Translations under genes and position numbers: made by a program
Notes under the pieces: model-generated
Seen by the model: only the letters and a program-made list of their open reading frames with translations
What the model was told of the DNA's origin: nothing
The model's database searches: none
Shown: piece by piece, positions 1 through 11,372 of the stretch
How the letters are laid out: each line of letters begins with the position of its first letter
Numbering within the stretch: the first letter of the stretch is position 1
Source of the DNA: an uncultured Bacteroidaceae bacterium
Lineage (GTDB): Bacteria; Bacteroidota; Bacteroidia; Bacteroidales; SM23-62
Length of the DNA stretch: 64,000 nucleotides
Direction of reading: 5' to 3'
Assembly (NCBI GenBank): GCA_963752525.1
Contig: CAVVYS010000006.1
Span: 105,194-169,193 of the forward strand

Positions 1-147
1 CATCTGTGGTTTTGAATTCTTTGGCTCTCCGTTGGAATTATATTTTACCCACAGGATATCCGGTCCTCCCTTGATCCCAAAATGCTGCCCTTCAACAATA
101 TAGTATTGGGATAACAATACTACAAAAACAAGAATGAGCTTCTTCAT
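1..147 (-). CDS. N-terminus of a probable outer-membrane beta-barrel (PorT/porin-family-like) protein, truncated by the window edge
   Basis: Manual translation from ATG at 147: MKKLILVFVVLLSQYYIVEGQHFGIKGG... This is a signal peptide followed by the FGIKGG start typical of Bacteroidota OMP beta-barrels. Confidence 0.55.
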   Translation of the reverse strand, partial: MKKLILVFVVLLSQYYIVEGQHFGIKGGPDILWVKYNSNGEPKNSKPQM

Positions 148-269
148 GTTCGGATTTAAAATTAAAAACAAAAATAACATTGTGAAGGTATTCTGAGCAT
201 TTAAATCTTATTTGACTGATATTGAATAAGGTATTAACTTTACTTATGACTCACCCTAAACTATAAACC

Positions 270-2036
270 ATGTCCGGCAAACCTTCGAAGCTTTCCCAAT
301 TCTGGCAGGAATTAAAAAGGCGCAAAGTTATTTATGTAATCACCGTTTATGCCTCTGCTGCATTTGTGATCATCGAGCTGGTTAACAATGTGGTTGAACC
401 TTTGAACCTGCCAGCACGTACTCCTACTGTTGCTATTATTTTTCTCGCAATCGGATTTCCGATTGCCGTGATACTGTCATGGATCTTTGACCTGACCCCA
501 AAAGGGATGGAGAAGACCAAACCTCTGGGTGATGAACAGGAAGACGAAAGGCCAGTTATACAGAATAGATGGCAGATCGCTACCTATGTTAGCATTGCTG
601 TGATCATCGGGTTGATAGTATTGAATCTAGCGGGTGGGGAAAAGCAGTTGAAAGCCGGCGATATCCAGTCTTTATTAATCCTTCCGTTTGATAATCTTAC
701 AGGTGATGATCAGCTGGATTATGTGGCAGCTGGAATGCATTCATCACTCATCGGTGATATGGGACAAATCAGTAGTCTGCGGGTCATTTCAAAAACCTCA
801 GCCCGTGTATATAAAAATGTGGACATGTCCTTGCCTGAAATTGCCACAGAAGCAAATGCAGATGCGGTAGTGGAACCAACGGTCATGTGTTATGGTGACA
901 GTGTATGTATATTAATCAAGGTCATCACTCCATTTCCTGAGGAAAAACAGCTCTGGGTGGCTGAATATAAAGAGGAAAAAAGTCAGATAATGAACCTTTA
1001 TAACCAGGTCACCATGCAGATTGCAGATGAGGTGAAGGTTCAGCTTACACCAGAGGAGGAAAAAATATTGGCCGTTTCAAGAACAATTAATACGGAAGCT
1101 TATGATGCTTATCTGAAAGGATTGTACTATTGGGATCAGAATACTCCCGAGTCACTTCAGCTGGCCCTGGAGTATTTCAATAATGCCATTGAGGCAGATC
1201 CGGATTGGGCAGAACCTTATGCTGGTGTTGCTTATTTTTGGGTGGCAATTCATCAATTCAGCCTTGCCCCCTCATCCGTTACTATCCCCAATATGTATGA
1301 AAACCTGAATAAAGCGATTGAACTGGATCCTAATTCCAGTTTTATCCATTATGTCAATGCCCTGGTAAATGGATGGACTGCCTGGAATTGGGAGAAAGCG
1401 GAACAGGAGTTTTTGAAAGTACTGGAAATGAATCCGAATGATGCATTTGGCCATATGTATTATGCCCATTTACTCTCATGCCAGAGAAGAATTGAAGAAG
1501 CCATTTCACATTGCCGGATCGCACTGGACCTTGATCCATTGAATCCCATGATACAGGCCTTATCTACGATGGTACTGGCTAATGCAGGTGAGTACGAAGA
1601 AGCCATTTCCATGGCTTTTAAGGCAATGGACGTTGTCCCCAATCTAGCAGGACTGGCAAATCTTTCTGCAATTTATGTCTTCATTGGCGAGTATCGAAAA
1701 TCACTCGAGCTTTGGACTACATTGTTACAATTGGAAGATGATCCAAGAAATTCAATCCTGAAAGTATTTGATGAGCAGGGTAAGGTGGCAGCGGTGAAAG
1801 AATTTATAAGCGAATTGCTGCTGGCAACCGGAGATTATTTTCCAATGGAACTAGGACAGCTACATGCCCTGGCAGGAGATGAATCCATGGCTTTGTACTG
1901 GTATGAGAAGGGCTACGAGGCTCGCCACCCTATGATGCCTTATATCAATACAGTCTTTGGGTATGGGAGCCCGTTTAAAATAGAGGATCCGGGTTTTGAC
2001 TCACTTATACTAAAAATGAATCTTCCCTTAGAATGA
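270..2036 (+). CDS. Membrane-anchored TolB_N-like/TPR protein (adenylate-cyclase-associated architecture, no catalytic domain seen)
   Basis: N-terminal FWQELKRRKV plus 3 hydrophobic helices, SLLILPFDNL...LRVISKTS TolB_N-like segment, EAYDAYLKG and multiple TPR-like repeats. Confidence 0.8.
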   Translation: MSGKPSKLSQFWQELKRRKVIYVITVYASAAFVIIELVNNVVEPLNLPARTPTVAIIFLAIGFPIAVILSWIFDLTPKGMEKTKPLGDEQEDERPVIQNRWQIATYVSIAVIIGLIVLNLAGGEKQLKAGDIQSLLILPFDNLTGDDQLDYVAAGMHSSLIGDMGQISSLRVISKTSARVYKNVDMSLPEIATEANADAVVEPTVMCYGDSVCILIKVITPFPEEKQLWVAEYKEEKSQIMNLYNQVTMQIADEVKVQLTPEEEKILAVSRTINTEAYDAYLKGLYYWDQNTPESLQLALEYFNNAIEADPDWAEPYAGVAYFWVAIHQFSLAPSSVTIPNMYENLNKAIELDPNSSFIHYVNALVNGWTAWNWEKAEQEFLKVLEMNPNDAFGHMYYAHLLSCQRRIEEAISHCRIALDLDPLNPMIQALSTMVLANAGEYEEAISMAFKAMDVVPNLAGLANLSAIYVFIGEYRKSLELWTTLLQLEDDPRNSILKVFDEQGKVAAVKEFISELLLATGDYFPMELGQLHALAGDESMALYWYEKGYEARHPMMPYINTVFGYGSPFKIEDPGFDSLILKMNLPLE

Positions 2037-2061
2037 AATAAACATCACTAATCCCAAATCC

Positions 2062-3841
2062 ATGTCCAACAATCCAAACAAACTATCCCAATTCTGGCAG
2101 GAATTAAAAAGGCGTAAAGTCATTTATGTAATCACTGTTTATGCTTCAGCTGCCTTTGTGATCATAGAACTGGTCAACAATGTGGTTGAACCTTTGAACC
2201 TGCCGGAACGTACTCCGACCATTGCGATTATTTTGCTGGCCATAGGATTCCCGATAGCTGTCATCCTGTCCTGGATCTTTGACCTGACCCCGAAAGGCAT
2301 GGAGAAAACCAAACCACTATCGGAGGAACAGGAAGCTGAAAGACCGGTCATACAGAACAGGTGGAAGATCGCCACCTATGTGAGTATTGCGGTGATCATC
2401 GGCTTGATCATCCTCAATCTTGCAGGGGGAGGCAACAAGCTGCAGGCAGGAGACATTCAATCACTGGTGGTACTTCCCTTTGATAATTTCACAGGTGACG
2501 AAGGGCTGGAATATTTTGTATCGGGAATGCATTCTTCGCTGATCGGTGATATGGGCAAGATCAGCGGATTGCGGGTGATCTCCAAGACATCATCGAATGT
2601 ATACAAGGGAGTGGATATGTCAGTTCCTCAGATCGCTTCAGAATTGGCGGTGGATGCTGTGGTTGAGGCGCAGGTGATGTGCCTGGGTGACAGTATATGT
2701 TTGCAGATAAAGGTGGTCAGCGCATTTCCCGAGGAAAAACAACTATGGGTTGCTGAATACAAGGAAGAAAGAAGCCAGATATTGAACCTGTATAACCAGG
2801 TGACGAAAAATATCGCCGATGAGGTGATGATTGAACTAACCGAAGATGAAGAGGGTTTGTTGTCACGGACCAGGACGGTGGACCTGGAAGCCTATGAGGC
2901 ATACCTGAGAGGTCATCAGTACTGGGATGACCTTAGTGAAGAATCATTAAATAAGGCTCTTGAATATCTAAACTTTGCTGTTGAGAAGGATCCTGACTGG
3001 GCACCTCTTTATGATGGCCTGGCCAAGGTTTGGGGAGGAAAAGTGCAAATGGGTTTTGTCTCTCCGGATATCGCCATGCCATTGATCTATGCAAATCTGA
3101 ACAAAGCTTTCGAACTCGATCCGGATTTTGCCGGTTCACATTTTACCAGTGCTGTTTTCGGTGTATGGGCGGAATGGAACTGGGACAAGGGAGAAAAAGA
3201 ATTTCTGAAAGCCCTGGGTATTAATCCAAATGATGCCATGTCACAGGATATATTATGCACATCTGCTCGCGACCCTGCAAAGATTTGACGAGGCTTTGGT
3301 ACATGGCCAGCTGGCCGTTGAACTGGATCCCATGAATCCCCTGATCCTGGCATTGTTTGCACCAGTTTTAATCTCTGCAGGTGATTGGGAAACTGCTTTT
3401 CAATATTGTAAGAAATCACTGTCACTGGATCCAGGAAGTTTTTTTGCATCCGGCATTATGGAGGTATTGGCTTATCATTTGGAACGCTACGACGAAGGAT
3501 TTGAAGCATTAAAAATCTATCTCCCCCTGGAAAATGATGTGATGAAAGATATCGAGACTATTTTCAAAAACAAAAGCTACAATGTAGCACTTGAAGAAAT
3601 ATTACGCCAGATGGAATTACTGGCTCAAACCAACTATGTTAACCCTCTTGATATGGCAATGAGATATGTTTGGCTGAATCAACACGAACAAGCCCTGGAC
3701 TGGCTTGAAACAGGGCTGGAAATGCATGATCCGAATATGCCTTATATAACAACGGGGTTTTTCGATACAGAACCACTCGAAGACAATCCACGTTTCCTGT
3801 CCATCCTGAAGAAAATGAACCTGTCTCTAAAAGAAAAATAA
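2062..3841 (+). CDS. Tandem paralog of 270..2036 (TolB_N-like/TPR), split by one frameshift near 3244
   Basis: ORFs 2062..3288 and 3230..3841 join (NPNDAM/RIYYAHLL) and align end-to-end with the upstream paralog. Confidence 0.8.
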
Positions 3842-3885
3842 TCGATCGAAATAATCTCATCAATGAGGATATATGAAGGCGTTTC

Positions 3886-6054
3886 CTATAGTTTAATCGT
3901 TACACTTTTACCCGCATAAACATCCTGTGGCAGGTCTACCACAAAATATGTTTTATTCTGGTTATTATCAGGCAGGGCGACAAAACCATCCCCACTAACA
4001 TTGTAGATACCAGATACGGTGATCAGCATCCTGCTCAGTTTTCTGGAAGGGTCAGCAACAGATAATTCTTCAATTCTATTGCCCTACATTTTTAGCATTG
4101 CCATGCCCTGGCTGTCCATTCTGAAATTGAATCCATCTGAGATTTCCACTTCTCCGGCCTTATAAAATGCGAGCTGGCATATTCCCAGTTTATTACTTTT
4201 TACTGCCTGTAAATCAGCGGTATTTGAAATAATTTCAACATTGCGATCGTTTCCGCTGGTCTCTTTTAATTCCTGCTCACTCACATCCGGCACAACTATA
4301 TATTGATAGGAAGCATTACTTGGCCGCTTTCCATGGTCAAACCATAACATAAAAACTTTTTCACTTACAATCTCCTCAGAGATATTTTTTTGATCAGTGA
4401 TGTCAGACCAGCGGCCCTGTTCAACCTGGTTGGACAACATTACTGTTGCCGGCTCCGGAAAAATATATCCAACCTTATCCTGGTGCACCCATTTGACATT
4501 GTCCAGTTTTCGATTCCCTTCAGGAAGTACTGTTATTTTATCATCCTGTTTGACAGTTACATCGCTTCTCATTAATACCTGATTAACGGTTGTTGCCACA
4601 GGCAGTCTTGGTCTGGACGTGATGCCTGTTCCCAGACAAACATACTCCTCATCAAAAAAGAACCAGGATTTTTTGGCTGCAAGCATGTCATGAGGGCTCC
4701 TGAAGTCAAATGCTACGGCTCCATATAAACCGTCGGTAACAGCTCCCACAAAGTCCGTAAGTCCATCTTTCTGAATTTCATCCGGGCCATATAACTCAGG
4801 CTTTTGCATAATGGTTGTACCCGATATTTTCTGCCAATCATATACTGCCCAGATATTATGATATTCATCTCCCCTGAGCTGTAAATAATTGGTCCCGTCA
4901 GCCCGGTGATGGGTGGTCTTACCTGGTCCATTGTAGGGTACTTCCATATTCCTGTTCCTGGTAGAGAACATTCTCACAGTGGTATAATAATTGGGCCGTT
5001 GAAATACAAAATGTTCCGTTTGCCAGAAGAATTTACTAAACGACAACGATGGTTCAGCTTCTCCATTTCTTAGCCTGATAATTTCTTCCAATTCATCCTT
5101 TCGATAATCCGTACTCAGCAATAGCCGCTCAATTTCGAGTGACGCCACGCGGTTCAAAGGTTGCTTTGTGGGAGATACTCCTGTTCTTAACACTGATATC
5201 AGTATATACTCCATACACCATTTGCTTATATATTCCATCCAGGTAATAATCAACCAGCTGGTTTATTTTTTCTACAGAGAATGCATATTTTGTGTTTGCT
5301 ACATAATAGGACCATTCACCAAATGCATTTGCATATTTGCCATATCCATAGGAAGTTGTATTGTTCACCCTGTCTGTCCTGTGGTGGAAACTATAATCGT
5401 GCTGCATCCCCCGTGTTCCCGTACTGAATTTCACTTCACCTTCAATCAATTCTATGATTTCCTCAAATCCTTCTTTATCACCAATAAATAGTAAATTTTT
5501 TGCCAGGATCCCTGCAATTACTATTCGGTCTCCACTTGGCCTGGCCCCTGAAGCATTCATATTTGCTCTGCCTATTATTGGTTGGCCTTTTTCAACAAGG
5601 TCTTCAGGTAGCTCATCACCCATTACCAACATCAGGTTCACCAGATTTGTAGGTGTAGAAATTTGATTATTATGCCAGTTATCACCGAAAAAATCATTAT
5701 CAACCCAGTATTTATATCCCCTGGTAATGATTTCTTTCAGCTTCTTACTCTTTGTAATACTTTGATGTCTTGATTTTATAGGCTTTGGCCAGGTAAACTA
5801 GATTATAGGTATGATATCCGCTGGGGAAAACCGGCAGTTCTGCTGAGATCATTATAATTGATCCCCTGAAAACTTCCGTCCTCATTCATTTTGTTCATTA
5901 TTTCTTCTACCCTGCCATCATCAATACTTGATTTCATTACTTCTGCAACTACCCTCTCTTTTACTATTTCAAAATCGTCAGGTTTTGCATGGGTTGTTGA
6001 AACAGAAAATGCCAGGATCAGTATCAACAGGAGTGTTTTGATTGTTGATTTCAT
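3886..6054 (-). CDS. Polysaccharide lyase family 8 (chondroitin AC/hyaluronate lyase-like), broken by several frameshifts and an in-frame TAG at 4084-4086
   Basis: Signal peptide; NWHNNQISTP, GMQHDYSFHH, GDEYHNIWAVYDWQKISGTT, AKKSWFFFDEEYVCLG and WFDHG motifs. The frame continues past the TAG (GNRIEELSVADPSRKL...GKSVTIKL*) to 3886. Confidence 0.85.
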
Positions 6055-6231
6055 GGTTTAGGTTTAGAATTTAGCAAAATGACGAACTCACTTACCTAAA
6101 GTAAATGGATTCCAAAGACTTTAGCAAGTCATGGGGAGTACTTCAGTATGCAGGTAAGCCCGTCTGAGGTGGATGATATTACCAAACTGAATTCAGGGAT
6201 GAAACCTGTTCAGAATAAGATTTTAAACAAA

Positions 6232-8682
6232 TCAGATGCCCATTCCGTCACCACCACCTCCGCCATTGCCGTTTCCCCTGCCATTATTCTTTTTCACCTG
6301 GTTTAACCGGTAAGCGAAGGATAAAGATATGGTCCTGGAGGACCAGCGGAATTCATTTTCAGAGTAAAGATTGGGACGGTCTATGATATACCTGTACTTC
6401 CTGGTATTCAAAACATCATGGATATTAAGGGTGAGCGTACCATTGCCCTTCAGGATATCCTTGCTTATGCCAAGATTTAACATATAATAGGCCAATCTTT
6501 CACCCTGGGTTGTTTTCTGGGGGGCCCTGTAATAGAAAGTGGTCTGTATATCCAGATTATTCTCAAATCTCAGCATTGAGTTGAGCCTGCTGTTCCATGA
6601 ATAATCATCGCTTTCAAGGCGTTCTCCATTGTATTCGCCACTGGTAATGGAACGAAATGCATTGATGTCTCCTGATAAGGTCCACCACTTGAATGGTTCT
6701 ACTGAAATGTTGGTTTCCAATCCGAATGAATTTTGGACGGAAAGGTTAATGGGAAAAATGTAGGTGATCCCTTCCTCATCCACTTCACTTATTCTTTCAA
6801 TTACCCCGTCAGTATGTTTGAAATAACCTCCGGCATACAGGGTGGTTTTCGTATTATTCATCAGGTAACCAAGCTCATAAGAGTCAGTATATTCTGGATC
6901 AAGATTCGGATTCCCGGTTCGGATATTCCTGGAATCCGTATAATTATTGAAAGGATTCAGGTACCAGAAATGCGGTCGGTTTATCCTGCGGCTGTAGCTG
7001 AGCTGCATTGAATTGAAATCATTGAACTGGTAGGCTGTATGAAGGGTGGGGAACAGGTCAAAATACAGCCGGTTATTCCTCTCATCTGTTTGCTCCAGGT
7101 AGGTACGAACATCCGATAATTCCGTGCGAAGACCCAATTGGACAGACCATTTGTTAAATTGATTCCCCGCCTGGGCATATAATGCATATATGTTTTCCGT
7201 ATAGCTGAAGTCATTGGTAAATTCATCCAAAAACTCCCAGTCCCCGTTTTCATCTCTCTCTTCCACTGCATAGGGATTGTTAATGAATCTGAGTTCACTT
7301 CGGTATCCTGTCTCAAATCTGCCCTTTTCACCAAATGGATGGATATAATCGGCCTGAAGAAGTATATCCCTCTGGCTCTCCTTATTCAGGGATCTTTGAA
7401 GGATGGGATCATCTTCCAGTGCTTCACCATAAAAGCTGGTTATTTTCTCCCTGATGTCTGACTCTTCCGTTTCCCCTTCCTCGATATATTGTGCAAAAAC
7501 ATTCAATTTCCTGTCCTTCTGGTCAAACTTGAGCGTGTAGTCCAGTGAAAATTCGATATTCCTCTCCAATTCCTGTTCGTTGTCCTCACGCCAGGTTTTC
7601 TCCTGTATGGTTCCTTCCTGGTCCAGGTCCGTGTACCAGATATTGGTATTATTCTTATCCTCACTGAGACCAATAAAAGCCGCAGCAGTTAATGTATTTC
7701 TGTCATTGATGAAATAGTCGGCACCACCACGCAGATTCTGAGACCAGCCGGTGCGCAGCCTGTTTCTTTCAACATTTGTGAAATAATTTGTATCCGGAAA
7801 CATGAAATGTTGAAACGAGCTGCCATCACCCGGCCTTTCCCGGTAGCTCGCACCATAATTCAGAAAATAGTTTGTTTTCTTACGGCGGAAATTGACATTG
7901 GCACCTGCACGGTAATCATGCGGATACCCCGCTGAGACTTCAAAAGAACCATTAACTCCTTGCTGCTGGTCCTTCTTAAGTATAATGTTAATGATGCCAG
8001 ACATCCCTTCCGCTTCATAACGGGCACTGGGATTGGTGACCACCTCTACCCGGTCGATCAGGCTGCCCTGCAAACTCCTGAGGGCTGCGGGATTATCGGC
8101 ACTGATCAATCCTGAGGGTTTTCCGTCAACCAGTATCTGAATATTCTGGCTTCCCCTGAGACTTACGTTCCCATCCATATCTACAGTCACGGAAGGGATA
8201 TTATCCAGTATCTCTGAAGCGGACTTACCAGCGTTACCAAGTTCTTTGCCAACATTAAAGGTTCTCTTGTCCAGGTCAATTACCATTTCACTCTTTTCAC
8301 CGGTGATAGTTACTTCGGATATTAATTTGGTATCCTGCTGAAGGAATATATCCCCCAGATCAACTTTTCTGTTTTCCCTTGTAATTTGCACATTTTTCAC
8401 TGTCTGATGCTCATACGAAATAAACTGAACCTTAATATAATACTTCCCGTCCGGAACGGGGATGTTAAACGACCCATCTACTGATGTGATATTACCCGTA
8501 ACCAGCGTTGAATCAGCAGTATATACCGATACAGTCGCAAACTCTACCGGTTCACTGTTAGAGGAATCCATCACCTTCCCGGAAATATTCCCGTTATCAT
8601 CGTCAGTGAAGCCATAAACACTGGCAGACTGTATAACAGAATAAAGCAGCACTGTAATCAATAAAAATATGTTCCTTGACAT
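6232..8682 (-). CDS. TonB-dependent receptor / outer-membrane beta-barrel family protein
   Basis: Intact ORF; likely ATG start MSRNIF at 8682. CarboxypepD_reg-like N-terminal domain, plug (LDNIPSV...VEVVTNPSARYEAEG..GIINIILKK) and GNPNLDPEY barrel motif. Confidence 0.9.
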   Translation of the reverse strand: MSRNIFLLITVLLYSVIQSASVYGFTDDDNGNISGKVMDSSNSEPVEFATVSVYTADSTLVTGNITSVDGSFNIPVPDGKYYIKVQFISYEHQTVKNVQITRENRKVDLGDIFLQQDTKLISEVTITGEKSEMVIDLDKRTFNVGKELGNAGKSASEILDNIPSVTVDMDGNVSLRGSQNIQILVDGKPSGLISADNPAALRSLQGSLIDRVEVVTNPSARYEAEGMSGIINIILKKDQQQGVNGSFEVSAGYPHDYRAGANVNFRRKKTNYFLNYGASYRERPGDGSSFQHFMFPDTNYFTNVERNRLRTGWSQNLRGGADYFINDRNTLTAAAFIGLSEDKNNTNIWYTDLDQEGTIQEKTWREDNEQELERNIEFSLDYTLKFDQKDRKLNVFAQYIEEGETEESDIREKITSFYGEALEDDPILQRSLNKESQRDILLQADYIHPFGEKGRFETGYRSELRFINNPYAVEERDENGDWEFLDEFTNDFSYTENIYALYAQAGNQFNKWSVQLGLRTELSDVRTYLEQTDERNNRLYFDLFPTLHTAYQFNDFNSMQLSYSRRINRPHFWYLNPFNNYTDSRNIRTGNPNLDPEYTDSYELGYLMNNTKTTLYAGGYFKHTDGVIERISEVDEEGITYIFPINLSVQNSFGLETNISVEPFKWWTLSGDINAFRSITSGEYNGERLESDDYSWNSRLNSMLRFENNLDIQTTFYYRAPQKTTQGERLAYYMLNLGISKDILKGNGTLTLNIHDVLNTRKYRYIIDRPNLYSENEFRWSSRTISLSFAYRLNQVKKNNGRGNGNGGGGGDGMGI

Positions 8683-8901
8683 TTTCACAGACAATTTTTT
8701 AATTTCGGACAATAAAGATCTTTTTTTATCTAACAAACAACTATAGATAGTGTATTAACAAATATTTATGCTTAATGTTCAACAGGTCATTGACCATGAA
8801 ACAGCACCTGCATATATTCAATCGATCTCCAAAGGATAAGCCCGGATTCTTTTAATTTCCGTCATATTTATCTACATTAGATCATACAAACTTTCTAACC
8901 T

Positions 8902-10287
8902 ATGGACGTCGAGATTCTTTCCAGGCTGCAGTTTGCCTTTACCATAGCTTTCCATTACATCTACCCGCCACTATCCATTGGATTGGGACTGGTGATGGTA
9001 ATAATGGAAGGATTATACCTTCGGACGGGCGAAAAAGTATATGAAACCATGGCCCGCTTCTGGACCCGTATTTTTGCTTTAATCTTCGGAATCGGGGTAG
9101 CAACAGGGATAGTGATGGAATTTGAATTTGGTACAAACTGGGCCAAATATTCCCGTTATGTGGGCGATGTTTTCGGAAGTGCCCTGGCTGCCGAGGGGAT
9201 CTTTGCCTTTGCACTGGAAAGCGGATTCCTGGGGGTCCTCCTGTTTGGATGGAATCGTGTGAAACCCAGGGTTCATTTCATAGCTACCATAGGTGTATTT
9301 CTGGGATCCATTTTTTCAGCTATCTGGATCGTTGTGGCCAACAGCTGGCAACAGACCCCTGCTGGTTATCACATCATGGGAGAGGGAATGCAAGCCCGTG
9401 CAGAGATTACTGATTTTTGGGCCATGGTTTTTAATCCCTCTTCTATGGACCGATTACTGCATGTCTGGATCGGAGCATTTTTAGCGGGTGCCTTCCTGGT
9501 TATCAGTGTTCATGCCTTCTACCTTCTCAAGGACCGGTACATTGAAATATCCCGGAAAGCACTGAAAATAGCCCTTGTGGTGGCCACGGTTTCTGCCCTT
9601 GCACAGCTGGTAACCGGGCATCACTCGGCCGATGGGGTAGCCGAAAACCAGCCGGCCAAATTAGCTGCTTTTGAAGGGCATTTCGAGGAGAGTGCCCCGG
9701 GTGACCTCTACCTGTTGGGTTGGGTGGATAAAGAGACGCAGGAAGTGAAAGGCATCAAGCTCAAAGGTGGACTGAGCTTCCTGGTTGACTGGGATTTTAA
9801 AACACCGGTGGAAGGGTTGAATGCATTTCCCGAAGACGAAAGGCCAACCGCCCTTAATGCCATATTTCAGTTCTACCACATCATGGTGGCCATCGGCCTC
9901 TTCCTAATCGCGATCACCCTTTTCGGGACAGTACAGTGGTGGAGGGGAAAGATCTTTCACCACAGGTGGTATTTGTGGATTTTGGTTGGATCGGTGCTCC
10001 TGCCACAAATTTCGAATCAGGTTGGATGGTACGCTGCAGAAATGGGACGGCAGCCATGGGTGGTATATGGACACCTGAAAACCGCAGATGCCCTTTCTGA
10101 ATCAGTTACATCGAGCCATGTTCTTTTTTCCCTTATCTTTTTTACCCTGATCTACCTGCTACTGTTGGTGCTGTTTTTATACCTGCTCAATAAAAAGATC
10201 AGCAAGGGGCCTTACGATGAGAATGATGTAGATAACAGGCTAAAATTGAAAGATATAGCCATTCAATTTGATACAAAGAAATCATAA
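8902..10287 (+). CDS. cydA: Cytochrome bd ubiquinol oxidase subunit I
   Basis: [40 protein letters not shown] and EMGRQPW motifs. Confidence 0.97.
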   Translation: MDVEILSRLQFAFTIAFHYIYPPLSIGLGLVMVIMEGLYLRTGEKVYETMARFWTRIFALIFGIGVATGIVMEFEFGTNWAKYSRYVGDVFGSALAAEGIFAFALESGFLGVLLFGWNRVKPRVHFIATIGVFLGSIFSAIWIVVANSWQQTPAGYHIMGEGMQARAEITDFWAMVFNPSSMDRLLHVWIGAFLAGAFLVISVHAFYLLKDRYIEISRKALKIALVVATVSALAQLVTGHHSADGVAENQPAKLAAFEGHFEESAPGDLYLLGWVDKETQEVKGIKLKGGLSFLVDWDFKTPVEGLNAFPEDERPTALNAIFQFYHIMVAIGLFLIAITLFGTVQWWRGKIFHHRWYLWILVGSVLLPQISNQVGWYAAEMGRQPWVVYGHLKTADALSESVTSSHVLFSLIFFTLIYLLLLVLFLYLLNKKISKGPYDENDVDNRLKLKDIAIQFDTKKS

Positions 10288-10299
10288 AATCATAATACC

Positions 10300-11334
10300 A
10301 TGCAAACAATCCTGGGAATAGACTATCCAACCCTATGGTTTCTAATTGTGGGAGCCTTGTTTTCAGGATATGCCATCCTGGATGGATTTGACCTTGGTGC
10401 AGGGGCCTGGCACCTCTTTTTCAAGGATGATCAAAGCCGGCGAATTGCATTGAACGCAGTGGGACCGGTGTGGGATGGCAATGAGGTATGGCTTGTCATC
10501 GGAGGTGGAGCCCTTTTTGCCGGTTTTCCTGAAGCATATGCTACCCTTTTTTCTGCCATGTACATCCCATTTATCTTGTTTCTGGGATTTCTTATATTCA
10601 GGGCAGTATCCATTGAGTTTCGGGGAAAGGAGCCCATGCGGTGGTGGAGGAATACATGGGATTTTTGTTACAGCATTTCCAGCGGTATGCTGGGTTTATT
10701 GCTGGGAGTGGTACTGGGAAACGTACTTATCGGTATAAACATGAATGAACAGTATGTTTTTACCGGTAGCTGGCTTGAATTCCTTAATCCGTATGCTCTT
10801 TCAGTGGGACTGACCACCCTTGCCCTGTTCATGGTCCATGGAGCTATTTACCTCACGATGAAGACAGAAGGGAAATTGTTCGAACAGGTAGCCCGACTAT
10901 TGCGAAGGTCTATCCTCTTTTTTGTAGTGACATTTACGCTGGTAACAGTGATCTCTGTAATCTACTTCCCGCATTTAACCGACCGCTTTTTCTCCAATCC
11001 CATTATGTTTGTTGTTCCGGTTCTCGCTTTTTTATGTATTGCCAATGTTCCCAGACTGGCAAGCAAAGGAAAATACCTTCGATCATTTATCTTTTCTGCG
11101 CTGTCAGTAAGCTTCTTGCTCATCCTTGTGGCCATTGAGCTCTATCCTGTTATCATTCTCGACCGGGGTGACATGGAAAACAGCATGAGCATATACAATG
11201 CTGCTTCTTCTGAAAAAGCACTTGGAATTATGCTTACCATTACAGCTATTGGCTTTCCCCTGGTAGTAGGATATACAGTTTTTGTTTACAGAACCTTCTG
11301 GGGAAAGGTTAAGCTTGACGATACTAGCTACTAA
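10300..11334 (+). CDS. cydB: Cytochrome bd ubiquinol oxidase subunit II
   Basis: YAILDGFDLGAG, GPVWDGNEVWL and FAGFPEAYA motifs; directly follows cydA. Confidence 0.97.
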   Translation: MQTILGIDYPTLWFLIVGALFSGYAILDGFDLGAGAWHLFFKDDQSRRIALNAVGPVWDGNEVWLVIGGGALFAGFPEAYATLFSAMYIPFILFLGFLIFRAVSIEFRGKEPMRWWRNTWDFCYSISSGMLGLLLGVVLGNVLIGINMNEQYVFTGSWLEFLNPYALSVGLTTLALFMVHGAIYLTMKTEGKLFEQVARLLRRSILFFVVTFTLVTVISVIYFPHLTDRFFSNPIMFVVPVLAFLCIANVPRLASKGKYLRSFIFSALSVSFLLILVAIELYPVIILDRGDMENSMSIYNAASSEKALGIMLTITAIGFPLVVGYTVFVYRTFWGKVKLDDTSY

Positions 11335-11372
11335 TATCAGTTGAGGTTAGTAATGGATACAGAAAATTGTAA

